Shown here one piece after another: positions 7,771-16,144 of a stretch of DNA of 64,000 nt; position 1 is the first letter of the stretch; every line of letters begins with the position of its first letter. The notes beneath the pieces were generated by a model. That model searched no databases and was not told the origin of the DNA. It saw nothing but the letters and a program-made list of their open reading frames with translations. Origin of the DNA: a virus. The translations under genes and the position numbers were made by a program. The stretch is taken from positions 9,981 through 73,980 of IMG/VR virus record IMGVR_UViG_3300043754_000046. One strand, written 5' to 3'.

Positions 7771-8085
7771 TCAGGCCCCCTGCCCGTAGTCGCGGTAGCA
7801 GTCGAAGGCGGCCGTGCTGTGGCTGGCGCCAATCGGCTTGACCCGTCGACCAACTCCACTGGCCTCGGGGCAGTTCGAGTAGTCCTTGTACACCTGGACA
7901 CCGCCAACGTGGCCGTAGCGCTCCTGGACCTGCTCGCGCGGGACGGCCGTCTTTTCGGGCGCGGTCTCCTTGTTGCGCGGAGATCGGGGCATCAGCATGC
8001 CCTTCTCGGCCGGACGGTAGTTCACGTGCACGGCACTCTCGCCCATGGTGGGAAACTGGCCGCTGCTGAGATTGCGACTCGACAT
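7771..8085 (-). CDS. Hypothetical protein (104 aa)
   Basis: ATG 8085 after GAGGAG; begins MSSRNLSSGQF. Confidence 0.7.
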   Translation of the reverse strand: MSSRNLSSGQFPTMGESAVHVNYRPAEKGMLMPRSPRNKETAPEKTAVPREQVQERYGHVGGVQVYKDYSNCPEASGVGRRVKPIGASHSTAAFDCYRDYGQGA

Positions 8086-8164
8086 GTTTTCTCCTCGTAG
8101 TGGCACCTGAAGGCCTGGGATCTACGATGGAGGGTTACGAGCGGCCAGAGAGTACGCCGATTTC

Positions 8165-8194
8165 AGTGTAGGTTCTTCACTTCCCGGCGCATTA
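8165..8194 (-). promoter_or_regulatory. Putative late promoter D (TAAT-N20-TACACT)
   Basis: TAATGCGCCGGGAAGTGAAGAACC-TACACT; the TAA doubles as the stop codon of the SpoVS-like gene. Confidence 0.55.
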
Positions 8195-8476
8195 GTCGCG
8201 GGTGACGCGGTGGAGGAGTCCGGAGACTTCCTTGTCGTCCGGCATCGTCGTCGTGAAAAACCCGAAATTGGTCTTGAGACGTATAGCCTGCTTGGCGGCG
8301 TGGCCCTCTGCCACTGCGATACCCTTGCCTGCCTGCCCGATGGCTCCGTGGCCCACTGCCCGGATCTCCACGGTCTTCCCGTCCTCGATCGCTCGGGCAA
8401 TAGCGGCTCCGAGCTCCTTGGTCGGCGTGTTGCTGCTCACCCTGAAGACAACCGTGTTTCCGTCGCTGGTTCCCAT
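8192..8476 (-). CDS. spoVS: SpoVS-like (stage V sporulation protein S, Alba-like fold) protein
   Basis: VFRVSSNT..KELGAAIA...VEIRAVGHGAIGQAGKGIAVA parallels the SpoVS pattern LKVS..S....AGA.A......EIQAIGAGA.NQA.K..AIA; typical length. Confidence 0.75.
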   Translation of the reverse strand: MGTSDGNTVVFRVSSNTPTKELGAAIARAIEDGKTVEIRAVGHGAIGQAGKGIAVAEGHAAKQAIRLKTNFGFFTTTMPDDKEVSGLLHRVTRD

Positions 8477-8513
8477 GTATTGCTCCCAACATTTTTACGA
8501 GTGATCTCTGTTG

Positions 8514-8543
8514 AGAGTAGAGATTGCAGCGACCGCCCTGTTA
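8514..8543 (-). promoter_or_regulatory. Putative late promoter E (TAAC-N20-TACTCT)
   Basis: TAACAGGGCGGTCGCTGCAATCTC-TACTCT, just downstream of a terminator hairpin. Confidence 0.65.
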
Positions 8544-8559
8544 ATCTGGGGTGAATACG

Positions 8560-8598
8560 GAAAGCCCCTCCCAGTGACTAATCCTGGCAGGGGCTTTC
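8560..8598 (-). terminator. Putative terminator ending the recA operon
   Basis: Arms GAAAGCCCCT / AGGGGCTTTC immediately after the EndoVII stop. Confidence 0.65.
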
Positions 8599-8599
8599 A

Positions 8600-9022
8600 T
8601 TATTTGTTTCTGAGCAGCTCCCGTGCTGGGGGGCGGTGCAGGTAGTCCCGGGCACGGTTGAAAAATTCGGGATCGTCTCTCGCGTGCCCAAGAAGGTTGT
8701 TGCAAACGCGACAAAGAAGCCCTCTCACTTCGCCGGTTTTGTGATCGTGATCGACGGAGAGCTTCCTTGACGCCCCGGTGGCTCGCTGGCAGATTGCGCA
8801 CTTACCGCCCTGGCCCTTGTAGATGACGTCGTAGTCGCCCTCGCCGAGCCCATAGACGTTCTGCACCCGCTTTTCATGGGAGGCCTGCTTGCGCCGTCCC
8901 TTCTCCATTCGCCAGTGAGTGGCACACCGAGGACCCGGGTGCGGGGCCGGACGGCGCTGCCGAGCGGGAGGTGGAAAGCCACCCCACTCAGTCACGCAGT
9001 CCTTACATACGGGCCGACTCAC
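8600..9022 (-). CDS. Endonuclease VII-like nuclease
   Basis: QGGKCAIC...LSVDHDHKTGEVRGLLCRVCNNLLG; GTG start overlaps the upstream stop. Confidence 0.9.
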   Translation of the reverse strand: MSRPVCKDCVTEWGGFPPPARQRRPAPHPGPRCATHWRMEKGRRKQASHEKRVQNVYGLGEGDYDVIYKGQGGKCAICQRATGASRKLSVDHDHKTGEVRGLLCRVCNNLLGHARDDPEFFNRARDYLHRPPARELLRNK

Positions 9023-9729
9023 TGCTGAGCCACCGAAACAAGAGGCCACTCCGGCGCGCACACGATCGTGTCGTCGCCGTTCTGCCGCCGCAGGTACGAC
9101 TGGAGGGAGAGTGCCTGCTCCCTGGCCCACCGGATCTGCCGCACGAACAAGTCCCTCAGCGGGATCTGGAGCGCGTATTCGCCGTCGATCATGCGGTAGG
9201 CGAGTTGTGCTGCGGCCACTGCGTCAGCGCCCGCGTCATGGGCATCGGTGAGCTCGATCTCATACAGCCTGCACAGATCGCTGAGGGTGCGCTTGCCGGG
9301 GCGGTAGCGGTCGATGGCTTTGTCGATGACGTACGGGTCGATGACGGCCGCGAAATTCACGTCCACACGCTCTTCGAGAGGCTTCAGGTCGTACCTACGC
9401 AGCTCCCGGTCCAGGACGGTGAAGTCATACCGCCCGTTGTAAGCAACCATGGGAACACCGTCGTTCAGGACGCGCACCACGTTCTGGGCTATCTCTTCGA
9501 TGGCCTCAGGGCCAGTCGGCGCGTCGGCCACGTCCGCGTCCCGGATTCCGTGGATGGCGGTGTTCTCCTCAGGGATCGTGATGCCCGGGTTCACCAACCG
9601 TGTGGATACCCAGTCAGCGTTGCCCAACGTCACTCCACACAAGGCGAACTGGACGATGCGTGCCTCATCCCATTCTTTGTGCGTGGTCTCCAAGTCGAAG
9701 CCCACGAGGGGGCCTTCCCACCACATCAT
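9019..9729 (-). CDS. DEDDh 3'-5' exonuclease (DnaQ/Pol III epsilon-like)
   Basis: GFDLETT (ExoI), AYNGRYDF (ExoII), AHDAGADA (ExoIII). Confidence 0.9.
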   Translation of the reverse strand: MMWWEGPLVGFDLETTHKEWDEARIVQFALCGVTLGNADWVSTRLVNPGITIPEENTAIHGIRDADVADAPTGPEAIEEIAQNVVRVLNDGVPMVAYNGRYDFTVLDRELRRYDLKPLEERVDVNFAAVIDPYVIDKAIDRYRPGKRTLSDLCRLYEIELTDAHDAGADAVAAAQLAYRMIDGEYALQIPLRDLFVRQIRWAREQALSLQSYLRRQNGDDTIVCAPEWPLVSVAQQ

Positions 9730-10118
9730 GCTGCGTCATCTCCGGGCTCCGAAAGCAGGCGGTAGCCGCGTGCGTTCGGGTAGAGGCGCCTTGTCTTGAT
9801 GACAGTGACACATCCACGCATGTCCTTGTAGATCGTCCAACCCTTGTCGAGGGCCTCTTGGACGTGCCTGTAGTTGGTGAGGATGGTGCAGTTGGCGTAC
9901 CTCCCGTCAAGCATCAGACCGTCCACCCGCAGCGTTCGGCCTTCCTTGCGGTAGTCGCCGTCCTCATACACCTGGCCGGGAAGAACCTCGACCGGCAGCA
10001 TGTCTGCCTTGGCGTCCACCCCGGCTCGCCACCAGCGCCCAGTCGGCTTGTTCCAGTACCGCCGGAGCCGTGTCGGGACTCTCACACCCCGGTAGATGTC
10101 GGGAACCTGGTCCTGCAT
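9726..10118 (-). CDS. Hypothetical protein (130 aa)
   Basis: Coupled ORF within the operon, preceded by GGAG. Confidence 0.65.
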   Translation of the reverse strand: MQDQVPDIYRGVRVPTRLRRYWNKPTGRWWRAGVDAKADMLPVEVLPGQVYEDGDYRKEGRTLRVDGLMLDGRYANCTILTNYRHVQEALDKGWTIYKDMRGCVTVIKTRRLYPNARGYRLLSEPGDDAA

Positions 10119-10127
10119 CGTCTACTC

Positions 10128-10328
10128 CTACTGCTGATCTGGGTTGACCTGGTCTGCCACGAAGAGACGCAGCGTGCGGCTCGTGATGTCCGGAGCGCTA
10201 TCCGCTTGCTGCTCGAAGTACTGCGATGCCGCCCGCAATGCGATCTCGGCGAGTTCACCGGCTCCCTTCGAATGCGGGCCATCGTGAATGCGGATCGCCT
10301 GAGCAACGAAGTTAGTGAGGCCGCTCAC
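10128..10328 (-). CDS. Hypothetical protein (about 66 aa)
   Basis: GTG 10328 overlaps the upstream TGA. Confidence 0.55.
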   Translation of the reverse strand: MSGLTNFVAQAIRIHDGPHSKGAGELAEIALRAASQYFEQQADSAPDITSRTLRLFVADQVNPDQQ

Positions 10329-10588
10329 TTGTCGTTCCACGGAGTATCTACATAGAGCTGCGAGTCCTGGAGAGCTACGTTGCGATTGGACTTCCAGATC
10401 TCGTAGACCTCGTCGGCGACTCCGTCGGCGAGAGCTGCCCCCTTCGCCCGCTCAATAAACTCTTCCAACTGCTTGAGACTTACATGCCGGAACCGCCCGG
10501 GGCCTTCAGGTGCCTTGAGCATCACCCGGGTTCCCATACGCGTAAGCGAGAGAAGGGACTTAGGAGCGGAAGCTGAATTCTCATCCAT
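10325..10588 (-). CDS. Hypothetical protein (87 aa)
   Basis: ATG 10588 after GGGAG; C-terminal part of the 10325..11047 ORF. Confidence 0.6.
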   Translation of the reverse strand: MDENSASAPKSLLSLTRMGTRVMLKAPEGPGRFRHVSLKQLEEFIERAKGAALADGVADEVYEIWKSNRNVALQDSQLYVDTPWNDK

Positions 10589-10631
10589 CAGTTTCTCCCT
10601 GGTGTTAGCGTTTCCAGCGGGGCTGGGTCCG

Positions 10632-11012
10632 CTACGGCTGGCCCTGGGTGAGGATGCGGTCGGCCGCCGTCCAGACCTGGCAGGGCCACGAGATGAGCGC
10701 GCCGTCGAGCGAGCAGGCAGCGCACAGGGCGCCGGGCCGGGAGGGATCGGCGTGAGGACGGGGCCGGTGGCTGTCACGGAGCTCCGTGATCTCATCCCGC
10801 ATCCGGCGGATCTCCGAGCAGGCGTACGCCCCGGCGGTGATCGCCTCCCGGATGTCGCTCCACACCTTGACCGATGTTTCGTGGTCGATCGTCTCCTGCT
10901 TAGCAAGGCTGAGAGTGACAATCCCGATGACGGCACTGCCGATGAGCTTCTGTGACTCTTCGAGGTCGAACGGCTTGGCCGTCTGGAACTCTCCGGGGAC
11001 CTGGTTGAACAT
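10632..11012 (-). CDS. Hypothetical protein with C-terminal His/Cys motif
   Basis: HRP...LCAAC...WPC motif; purine-rich RBS. Confidence 0.65.
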   Translation of the reverse strand: MFNQVPGEFQTAKPFDLEESQKLIGSAVIGIVTLSLAKQETIDHETSVKVWSDIREAITAGAYACSEIRRMRDEITELRDSHRPRPHADPSRPGALCAACSLDGALISWPCQVWTAADRILTQGQP

Positions 11013-11024
11013 TCCTTCTCCCTT

Positions 11025-11081
11025 TCATCCGCAAATGCAGTGCACACGGTGACAGCGATGGCATACGGGGATGTTGCTCAC
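11025..11081 (-). CDS. Possible 18-aa Cys/His micropeptide (MSNIPVCHRCHRVHCICG)
   Basis: GTG overlaps the upstream TGA and the ORF fills the gap to the next RBS. Confidence 0.35.
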   Translation of the reverse strand: MSNIPVCHRCHRVHCICG

Positions 11082-11227
11082 GCGGCCTCCACCAGCCGCA
11101 GGTCAATCACGCAGTCCTGGCAGTGGACTTCGCTCTGGATTACTGCTACGTAGTCGTCTGCGCCGTACGGCTTCTTGCAGATTTCGCAGATTCCGGCAGT
11201 TGGCGCTGGGAAGGTGTCGACCTCCAT
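11078..11227 (-). CDS. 49-aa zinc-finger microprotein
   Basis: CEIC...HCQDC; TGATG coupling to the upstream gene; absent from the ORF track. Confidence 0.65.
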   Translation of the reverse strand: MEVDTFPAPTAGICEICKKPYGADDYVAVIQSEVHCQDCVIDLRLVEAA

Positions 11228-11496
11228 CAGAGCAGCTCCTGGAAGAAGCCCGGCCACCGGCGCTCTCCTTCGGTCGCGAAGTTCTTGGCGGCTTCGAGAA
11301 GCGCCCGGACCGTGGAGAGTTGCAGGGCCAACTCTGGGTCGCGTGCGTCACCCTTCCGGCGCTTCGCCTGACCAGAGCCGATGGGTTGCCAGCTCCCCAG
11401 GGTGCCTTGTACGGCGATTTCAACCAGTGTCTTGTCGCCTACAGAACCGACCATCCGGTAATGCTGGAGTGCCATCTTCGGCTGATTCTTGCTCAT
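11227..11496 (-). CDS. DUF1876-like protein
   Basis: GSGQAKRRKGDARDPELALQLSTVRAL resembles the G.G.A.R.P.D....IG..LA..RAL pattern. Confidence 0.55.
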   Translation of the reverse strand: MSKNQPKMALQHYRMVGSVGDKTLVEIAVQGTLGSWQPIGSGQAKRRKGDARDPELALQLSTVRALLEAAKNFATEGERRWPGFFQELL

Positions 11497-11517
11497 GAAT
11501 TGTTGCCTTCCTCGCAG

Positions 11518-11655
11518 TTAAAGAGGTTGTCCGGGTCCGCCCAAAGGAATCTGTCCTGCACCGTGGGTTGCCTTGAACCAGATTGCACAGACCAGGCCGA
11601 TCAGAACGGCCGCGATGAGCATTCCGAGGCTGATCTTGAGCCGCGTGTATCTCAC
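11518..11655 (-). CDS. 45-aa membrane microprotein
   Basis: MRYTRLKISLGMLIAAVLIGLVCAIWFK..., one TM helix, AGGAG RBS. Confidence 0.6.
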   Translation of the reverse strand: MRYTRLKISLGMLIAAVLIGLVCAIWFKATHGAGQIPLGGPGQPL

Positions 11656-11664
11656 CGCTGCTCC

Positions 11665-12399
11665 TCAGAAGTCCTGGTAGGTGTTCGGCGCGATGTCCTT
11701 GAGCTGACAGAGCATCTTCTGGGCGAGCTCTCCGATTTCGGCTGCTGCACCGGGAGCGAGACGCTTACGCAGCATTTCTCTCCAGGCCCGGTGATTGCCG
11801 CTCACGACGAACTCGGTCGTGATACCGCCGGGCAAGAACTCCCGTGCCGCCTCCCGAGCCTGCTTGCGGGTGAGTCCCTTGCTCATCAGCAGGTCGGCGA
11901 ACAGCGTGTACGTGGCCTTCGTGTGGCCGAGCAGTGCGTCCATCTCCGTGCGGACATCCCACTGGGCTCGGTCGGTCGGGGTGACAACCTCATCCAGATA
12001 TGGCCGCAGCGCCGGTGGGATCACGAGCCTGGTCTGGGTCTCGTCCACGTAGCGTGTGCTGCGGACCGAGAAGCTCAGGTGCCGGTGCCGGGTGATCTCG
12101 GCAAGAAGACTGCGGCTGACGTGCTGCACCAGGAACGTGGCCGACGCGTGCTCCAGCACGCTCTCGTGACGTTGCTTGATGATGTTGGCCAGGTACCCCT
12201 CGTTTGTTGCCGTGTCGGGGCTGGGCAGGTGGAAGCTGTCGTAGCAGATGCGCCCGGCTACCTCTGCGAGCACATCGGCAGCCGTTTGCTGGGCCGCCAG
12301 GGAGTTGTCGATACGGCCGAACAGGCGGTCGCTGAGCTGCGTTTCCAGAATGCGCGTCGGCATGTGCATTCCGGTCCAGCCGATGAGTTCTACCTTCAC
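11665..12399 (-). CDS. thyX: Flavin-dependent thymidylate synthase
   Basis: AGRICYDS, HESVLEH, RHRHLSFSVRSTRY signature, AREAAR, NHRAWRE, AEI. Confidence 0.95.
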   Translation of the reverse strand: MKVELIGWTGMHMPTRILETQLSDRLFGRIDNSLAAQQTAADVLAEVAGRICYDSFHLPSPDTATNEGYLANIIKQRHESVLEHASATFLVQHVSRSLLAEITRHRHLSFSVRSTRYVDETQTRLVIPPALRPYLDEVVTPTDRAQWDVRTEMDALLGHTKATYTLFADLLMSKGLTRKQAREAAREFLPGGITTEFVVSGNHRAWREMLRKRLAPGAAAEIGELAQKMLCQLKDIAPNTYQDF

Positions 12400-12497
12400 T
12401 TGTTCCGATCCTTTGCTCTGATTTCGAGGTAGTAGCCGATGACGAGGGAGGCGATGAAGGCCAGCCAGACGAGGACCGACTTGATCAGGCCGCCCAC
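12396..12497 (-). CDS. 33-aa membrane microprotein
   Basis: MGGLIKSVLVWLAFIASLVIGYYLEIRAKDRNK; overlaps both neighbours. Confidence 0.5.
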   Translation of the reverse strand: MGGLIKSVLVWLAFIASLVIGYYLEIRAKDRNK

Positions 12498-12994
12498 TTC
12501 CCGACCCGGTTTTCGATATCCCGTGTTCCGGTGCGGCGTGTGAGCTCGCGGGAGGCGACCTTTCCCTTGGCCTCCAGGCCTCCGTGGACGGCTTCGAGGG
12601 CCTTACGCATGGCGTACGCCTCGGTGAGCCTCGCTGTGGCTGCCCGCACCTCTGGGTCGGCGGCAGCCTCTGCCTTCTGCGCGGCAACCGTCTTTGCACC
12701 CTTGGCCTCGACCGCTGCGCGTGCCTGGGCCATGCTCAGCTCGGCCTCGGCCTCCTTCTCGGCTATGGCCGCTATGGCGAGCTGACCGGCCGCGTACGAC
12801 GCCCAGGCCGTCAGGTCGACCATGAGGCCCATCAGCCGGTCCGACGTGCGCTCTGTCAGGTCGTCAGGAAGCTCGGGGAGAGCGGCGCGGGGCTTCTCGT
12901 CGTAGGCCAGTCCCAGGTCGCCGAGCCGTCGTGCCGTCCTCTGTGCCACGCCCTGCGGTTCCTCGCCGTCGAGCTGCGGCCGGGCTCTCCTCAC
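12485..12994 (-). CDS. Helical coiled-coil protein, possible recombination mediator
   Basis: GTG 12994 after GGAGGAG; Ala-rich helices, ends SRELTRR; lies in the RecA operon. Confidence 0.6.
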   Translation of the reverse strand: MRRARPQLDGEEPQGVAQRTARRLGDLGLAYDEKPRAALPELPDDLTERTSDRLMGLMVDLTAWASYAAGQLAIAAIAEKEAEAELSMAQARAAVEAKGAKTVAAQKAEAAADPEVRAATARLTEAYAMRKALEAVHGGLEAKGKVASRELTRRTGTRDIENRVGKWAA

Positions 12995-13949
12995 TGGTGG
13001 TCTCCTCCTTCGGCTGGCAGTACTTGCAGCCGCCTCTCGGGCACTTGGGGGGCATGGCGCGGAAGGTGGGGTCGAGTGCCTGCCGAATTTCCTCAGCGGA
13101 TTCCAGCAGTGGCTCGATGATGGACTCGCGGCGCTTGACCACGAATTCCTTGGTGGCCTGGGTGAATTTCGACTCGTAGATGTAGACAACCTTGTCGTAA
13201 TCCAGGCCGAGAAGCTTGCAGATGTAGAGGTATGTTTGCCCCTGCTTCTGGTGCGAGGAGAAAGGCCGGTTGATGCCCCGCCACAATCCTTCATAGTCAA
13301 TCAGGGACTTGCCGTCGTCGGTCTTATGCGTGTGCGCTCGAAGAAGTTCAGGCTCTTCCATGCGCAACGTTCCAGCACCGACCGTCTTGAATTCCATCAG
13401 TGCTTGATGCCGTGGAACTCCGCCGTCTGCACTCCCAGATATCAGAAGCTGCTTCTCAGCGTTGAGAGGGATCTCGTCGTACCGGATGTGCCTGCTGTTG
13501 CAGTCAGGACATCTCTGGGGTGACAAATCCGTCCATTCGATCTCACAGTTGAGGCAATACCAGTCTCCCCAGAGTTCTCCCCTTTCCCAGAGCCACGTCT
13601 GCCACTTGTGGTGGACTTCGTGGCCGTGCTGGAAAATATTGAGGGACTGGAAGTTGAAGGATTCCTTGTCCGGTAGTTCTCCGGCCCTGACCTTCTTGAT
13701 TCGCTGGTAGGTGGCCCTGGGACACCAGTCTCCGTGCGACATCTCGCTCGGGTGGATGATGTCCTGTCGGCGGGAGAAGTCCCGGGCGTTCTTGTCGACC
13801 ACGTACTTGCTCGTCGGCCCGAGGATCAGGGATTCATCCAGCTTCCGGCCCTCGGCCAGAACCTTCAAGCCGCCAGTGGGCTTGAGTCCTCCGCGCCGCT
13901 TGACGGTTCCTTTTCGGGCTTTGGGGTCGGCGGGTGCCAATACCACCAC
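12864..13949 (-). CDS. Cas4-like PD-(D/E)XK exonuclease
   Basis: HPSEM..WCPR, GHEVH, SGSADG, MEFKT, QGQTY and terminal CPRGGCKYC; start approximate; no CRISPR array in the window. Confidence 0.8.
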   Translation of the reverse strand: MVVLAPADPKARKGTVKRRGGLKPTGGLKVLAEGRKLDESLILGPTSKYVVDKNARDFSRRQDIIHPSEMSHGDWCPRATYQRIKKVRAGELPDKESFNFQSLNIFQHGHEVHHKWQTWLWERGELWGDWYCLNCEIEWTDLSPQRCPDCNSRHIRYDEIPLNAEKQLLISGSADGGVPRHQALMEFKTVGAGTLRMEEPELLRAHTHKTDDGKSLIDYEGLWRGINRPFSSHQKQGQTYLYICKLLGLDYDKVVYIYESKFTQATKEFVVKRRESIIEPLLESAEEIRQALDPTFRAMPPKCPRGGCKYCQPKEETTSEESPAAARRRGTAGRGTEDGTTARRPGTGLRREAPRRSPRAS

Positions 13950-14254
13950 CTCCTGGGCATGCTGCGTTTCATCGTCATACGGTCGTGCAGGAGCATTCCG
14001 CCCCAGACCCCGTGAGATTCGTGGTTGATAAGAGCGAAGACCAGGCATTCATCACGCAATGGGCACGGCTTGCCAGCGTTTACGTAATCAGCCCCGGCAT
14101 CTCCGCCGTTGCAGACTCTCATCGCCGCGTCCTCGTTGTCGAAATATGGATCGGCGCGATAACGAGGCGGGGGAAGCTTTCTGCACTTTGCTTCACGCTC
14201 GGGGATTTCATCGCCGTTCCACTTCGGGGCTCGGACCCGGGAGAAGAGAACCAT
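13865..14254 (-). CDS. whiB: WhiB-family Fe-S transcription regulator
   Basis: AKC...VC...CPLRDECL..AL...HGVWGG: four Cys plus the G[IV]WGG turn. Confidence 0.9.
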   Translation of the reverse strand: MVLFSRVRAPKWNGDEIPEREAKCRKLPPPRYRADPYFDNEDAAMRVCNGGDAGADYVNAGKPCPLRDECLVFALINHESHGVWGGMLLHDRMTMKRSMPRRWWYWHPPTPKPEKEPSSGAEDSSPLAA

Positions 14255-14560
14255 TCAGTCGACCCGCAGCGTTTCGAAAGTGTAATCCCGCATGATGAAG
14301 TACCGCTTGCCATCGATATCAACGACGAAGAGCATTTCCTTGCCGTCGGCGAGAGCATGCGTTTCGGCTACGTCGAGCTCTGCCCGCTTCAGTGAGTAGG
14401 ACTTGGCCGAGGTGGTTTTGCATTCGACTGAGAATTCCTCGGTGCGGACGTCGTTCTTGTGTCGCCAGCCATTTCCGGAGCCGGAATTCACCTTGCCGCC
14501 GAGGAGCTCGGCTATCTCGGCCTCCTGCTTGCGGCTCGCGCGCTGTCCAGGAGTCGGCAT
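14255..14560 (-). CDS. Holliday junction resolvase (Hjc-like PD-(D/E)XK)
   Basis: QEAEIA...NSGSG...KNDV...VECKTT. Confidence 0.8.
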   Translation of the reverse strand: MPTPGQRASRKQEAEIAELLGGKVNSGSGNGWRHKNDVRTEEFSVECKTTSAKSYSLKRAELDVAETHALADGKEMLFVVDIDGKRYFIMRDYTFETLRVD

Positions 14561-14730
14561 CAGATGTCCTCCGTCAGCTCGTCATAGCGCTCGCCGAGCA
14601 CGTCACGCATGGCCCGATCGAAAAGCGTCCGACGCCAATGTTCCTTCGTCAGCTTGCAGCTCGGGGGCATGACGCTCTTCCACCAGGTGAGGTGACGCCG
14701 ACCGCAGACGCACTCGTAGAAGGAAACCAT
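14560..14730 (-). CDS. Small hypothetical protein (56 aa)
   Basis: ATG overlaps the upstream TGA; GGAGG RBS. Confidence 0.55.
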   Translation of the reverse strand: MVSFYECVCGRRHLTWWKSVMPPSCKLTKEHWRRTLFDRAMRDVLGERYDELTEDI

Positions 14731-14897
14731 CACTCCTCCAGCTTCTTGAATGCCTGCTCGCAACTGACGGTGCCCTGTGCAAGCTCGCGGATTACCGTGG
14801 CGACCTGCCATACCCACGAGTCCGAGCTGTCCTGGAGCGCCGCCGCCAGGCCGTCTATGGTCGCCAGGCGCCGCTGCGTTGAATCCTTCTGGGTCAT
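14730..14897 (-). CDS. Small hypothetical protein (55 aa)
   Basis: MTQKDSTQRRL...; overlaps the recA stop; absent from the ORF track. Confidence 0.55.
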   Translation of the reverse strand: MTQKDSTQRRLATIDGLAAALQDSSDSWVWQVATVIRELAQGTVSCEQAFKKLEE

Positions 14898-15997
14898 GCC
14901 GCCTCGTCCACAGGAACATCTTCCTGTGAGTCACCCAAGTCCGAGCCGCCGAGGGCGATTTCACGGATGTTGGCGTCCAGCAGCGCTTGCAGGTCCAGGT
15001 CTTGCCTGATCCGGTCCTTGAGGGCGTCTTCTGAGCGGACGCGCTCGCCGCCAGGAAGGGTGTACCAGCCAGCGCCGCCGCGTTCGATGACGTCGTACAG
15101 AACACCGGAGATCACGAGATCCTTGGCGACGTCGATCTCGCCAGCGTGGAATCCGTGCAGCGGGGCGTTGGCGATGTAGAGGTCGTAGTTGCCGACCTTC
15201 CACGGTGAAGTCTGCTTGTTCTTGAAGGTCTTCACCTTGACCACGACGCCGACGCGGCGTTTCATGTTCTTCCTTGGAACCGGCTCGTCAATGTAGTCGG
15301 TGCGGCTGAGTTCCAGGCGGACGTAGAAGGAGTAGTTCTTTCCTTCTCCGCCGGGTGTGGTGCGGTTGTCGGCCCTGGGTGCCAGGTTTCCGATCTTCTT
15401 CCGCCACTGGTTGATGAAGATGCCGTAGACGGGGCGCTCAACGTCCAGCAGGCTACGGCCCATGGTGCTGCCAACCTTGCGGAAAAATTGGTTCGTTCGC
15501 CGTGCTCCCAGGCCGACGGTCATTTCATCCATGCCCTTTTCGTCTTCGGCCTCGGAAATCAGTCCGGGGTAGGAGTCGAGGACGAGGAGGTCGTACGCCT
15601 TGGATGCGGCGGCTTCTACCAGGATCTGGTAGGCCTTCTCCATGTTGTTTGTGGAGGCAAGGTGGACGCGGCTGTTGTCGATTCCGAACTTGGCCGCCCA
15701 TTCCGCGTTGTACTTCTCGGAACCGACCCACAGCGTGCTGAAGTTGGGGTCCCGCCGCTGGTTCGTTGCAACGGTCAGCTTCGCCAGCGAGGTCTTCGAG
15801 CTGCTCTCGGTGCCGACAAATTCCACCCACTGGTTGGCGGGAAGTCCGCCTCCCAGGGCAATGTCGACGGAGAGACAGCCGGTCGACAGCGGGGGGAGCT
15901 CGGGGACTTCAGAGGCGAGGACGAGGGTCCCGGCGCCGAACTTTCGATTGACCTGCGCTGCGGCTGCGAGGGCTTCCTTGCTGAGTGGCACGGGCAC
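14894..15997 (-). CDS. recA: RecA-family recombinase
   Basis: LSTGCLSVDIALGGGLP, EFVGTESSSKTS (variant Walker A), LLVLDS, FINQWR, TTPGGEGKNY, KVKTFKNK; no intein-sized insertion. Confidence 0.93.
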   Translation of the reverse strand: MPVPLSKEALAAAAQVNRKFGAGTLVLASEVPELPPLSTGCLSVDIALGGGLPANQWVEFVGTESSSKTSLAKLTVATNQRRDPNFSTLWVGSEKYNAEWAAKFGIDNSRVHLASTNNMEKAYQILVEAAASKAYDLLVLDSYPGLISEAEDEKGMDEMTVGLGARRTNQFFRKVGSTMGRSLLDVERPVYGIFINQWRKKIGNLAPRADNRTTPGGEGKNYSFYVRLELSRTDYIDEPVPRKNMKRRVGVVVKVKTFKNKQTSPWKVGNYDLYIANAPLHGFHAGEIDVAKDLVISGVLYDVIERGGAGWYTLPGGERVRSEDALKDRIRQDLDLQALLDANIREIALGGSDLGDSQEDVPVDEAA

Positions 15998-16043
15998 ACA
16001 CCTAGCGTCTGCGAGCGGGTCACTACTCCGCCCTGGTGCACCC

Positions 16044-16086
16044 ACACTACAGAGTTGACCAACTATCTGGCAACTAGTTGGTCAAC
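16044..16086 (-). promoter_or_regulatory. Operator/promoter repeat, copy 1 (heads the recA operon)
   Basis: Minus strand GTTGACCAACTAG-TTGCCA-GATAGTTGGTCAACTCTG-TAGTGT. Confidence 0.8.
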
Positions 16087-16096
16087 CCTAATTGAA

Positions 16097-16135
16097 GAAG
16101 CCGGGCGCCCGCATCGTTGCAGGTCACCCGGCTTC
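16097..16135 (-). terminator. Putative terminator after nrdJ
   Basis: Arms GAAGCCGGG / CCCGGCTTC followed by TTCAATT on the minus strand. Confidence 0.6.
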
Positions 16136-16144
16136 TGGCGAAAG

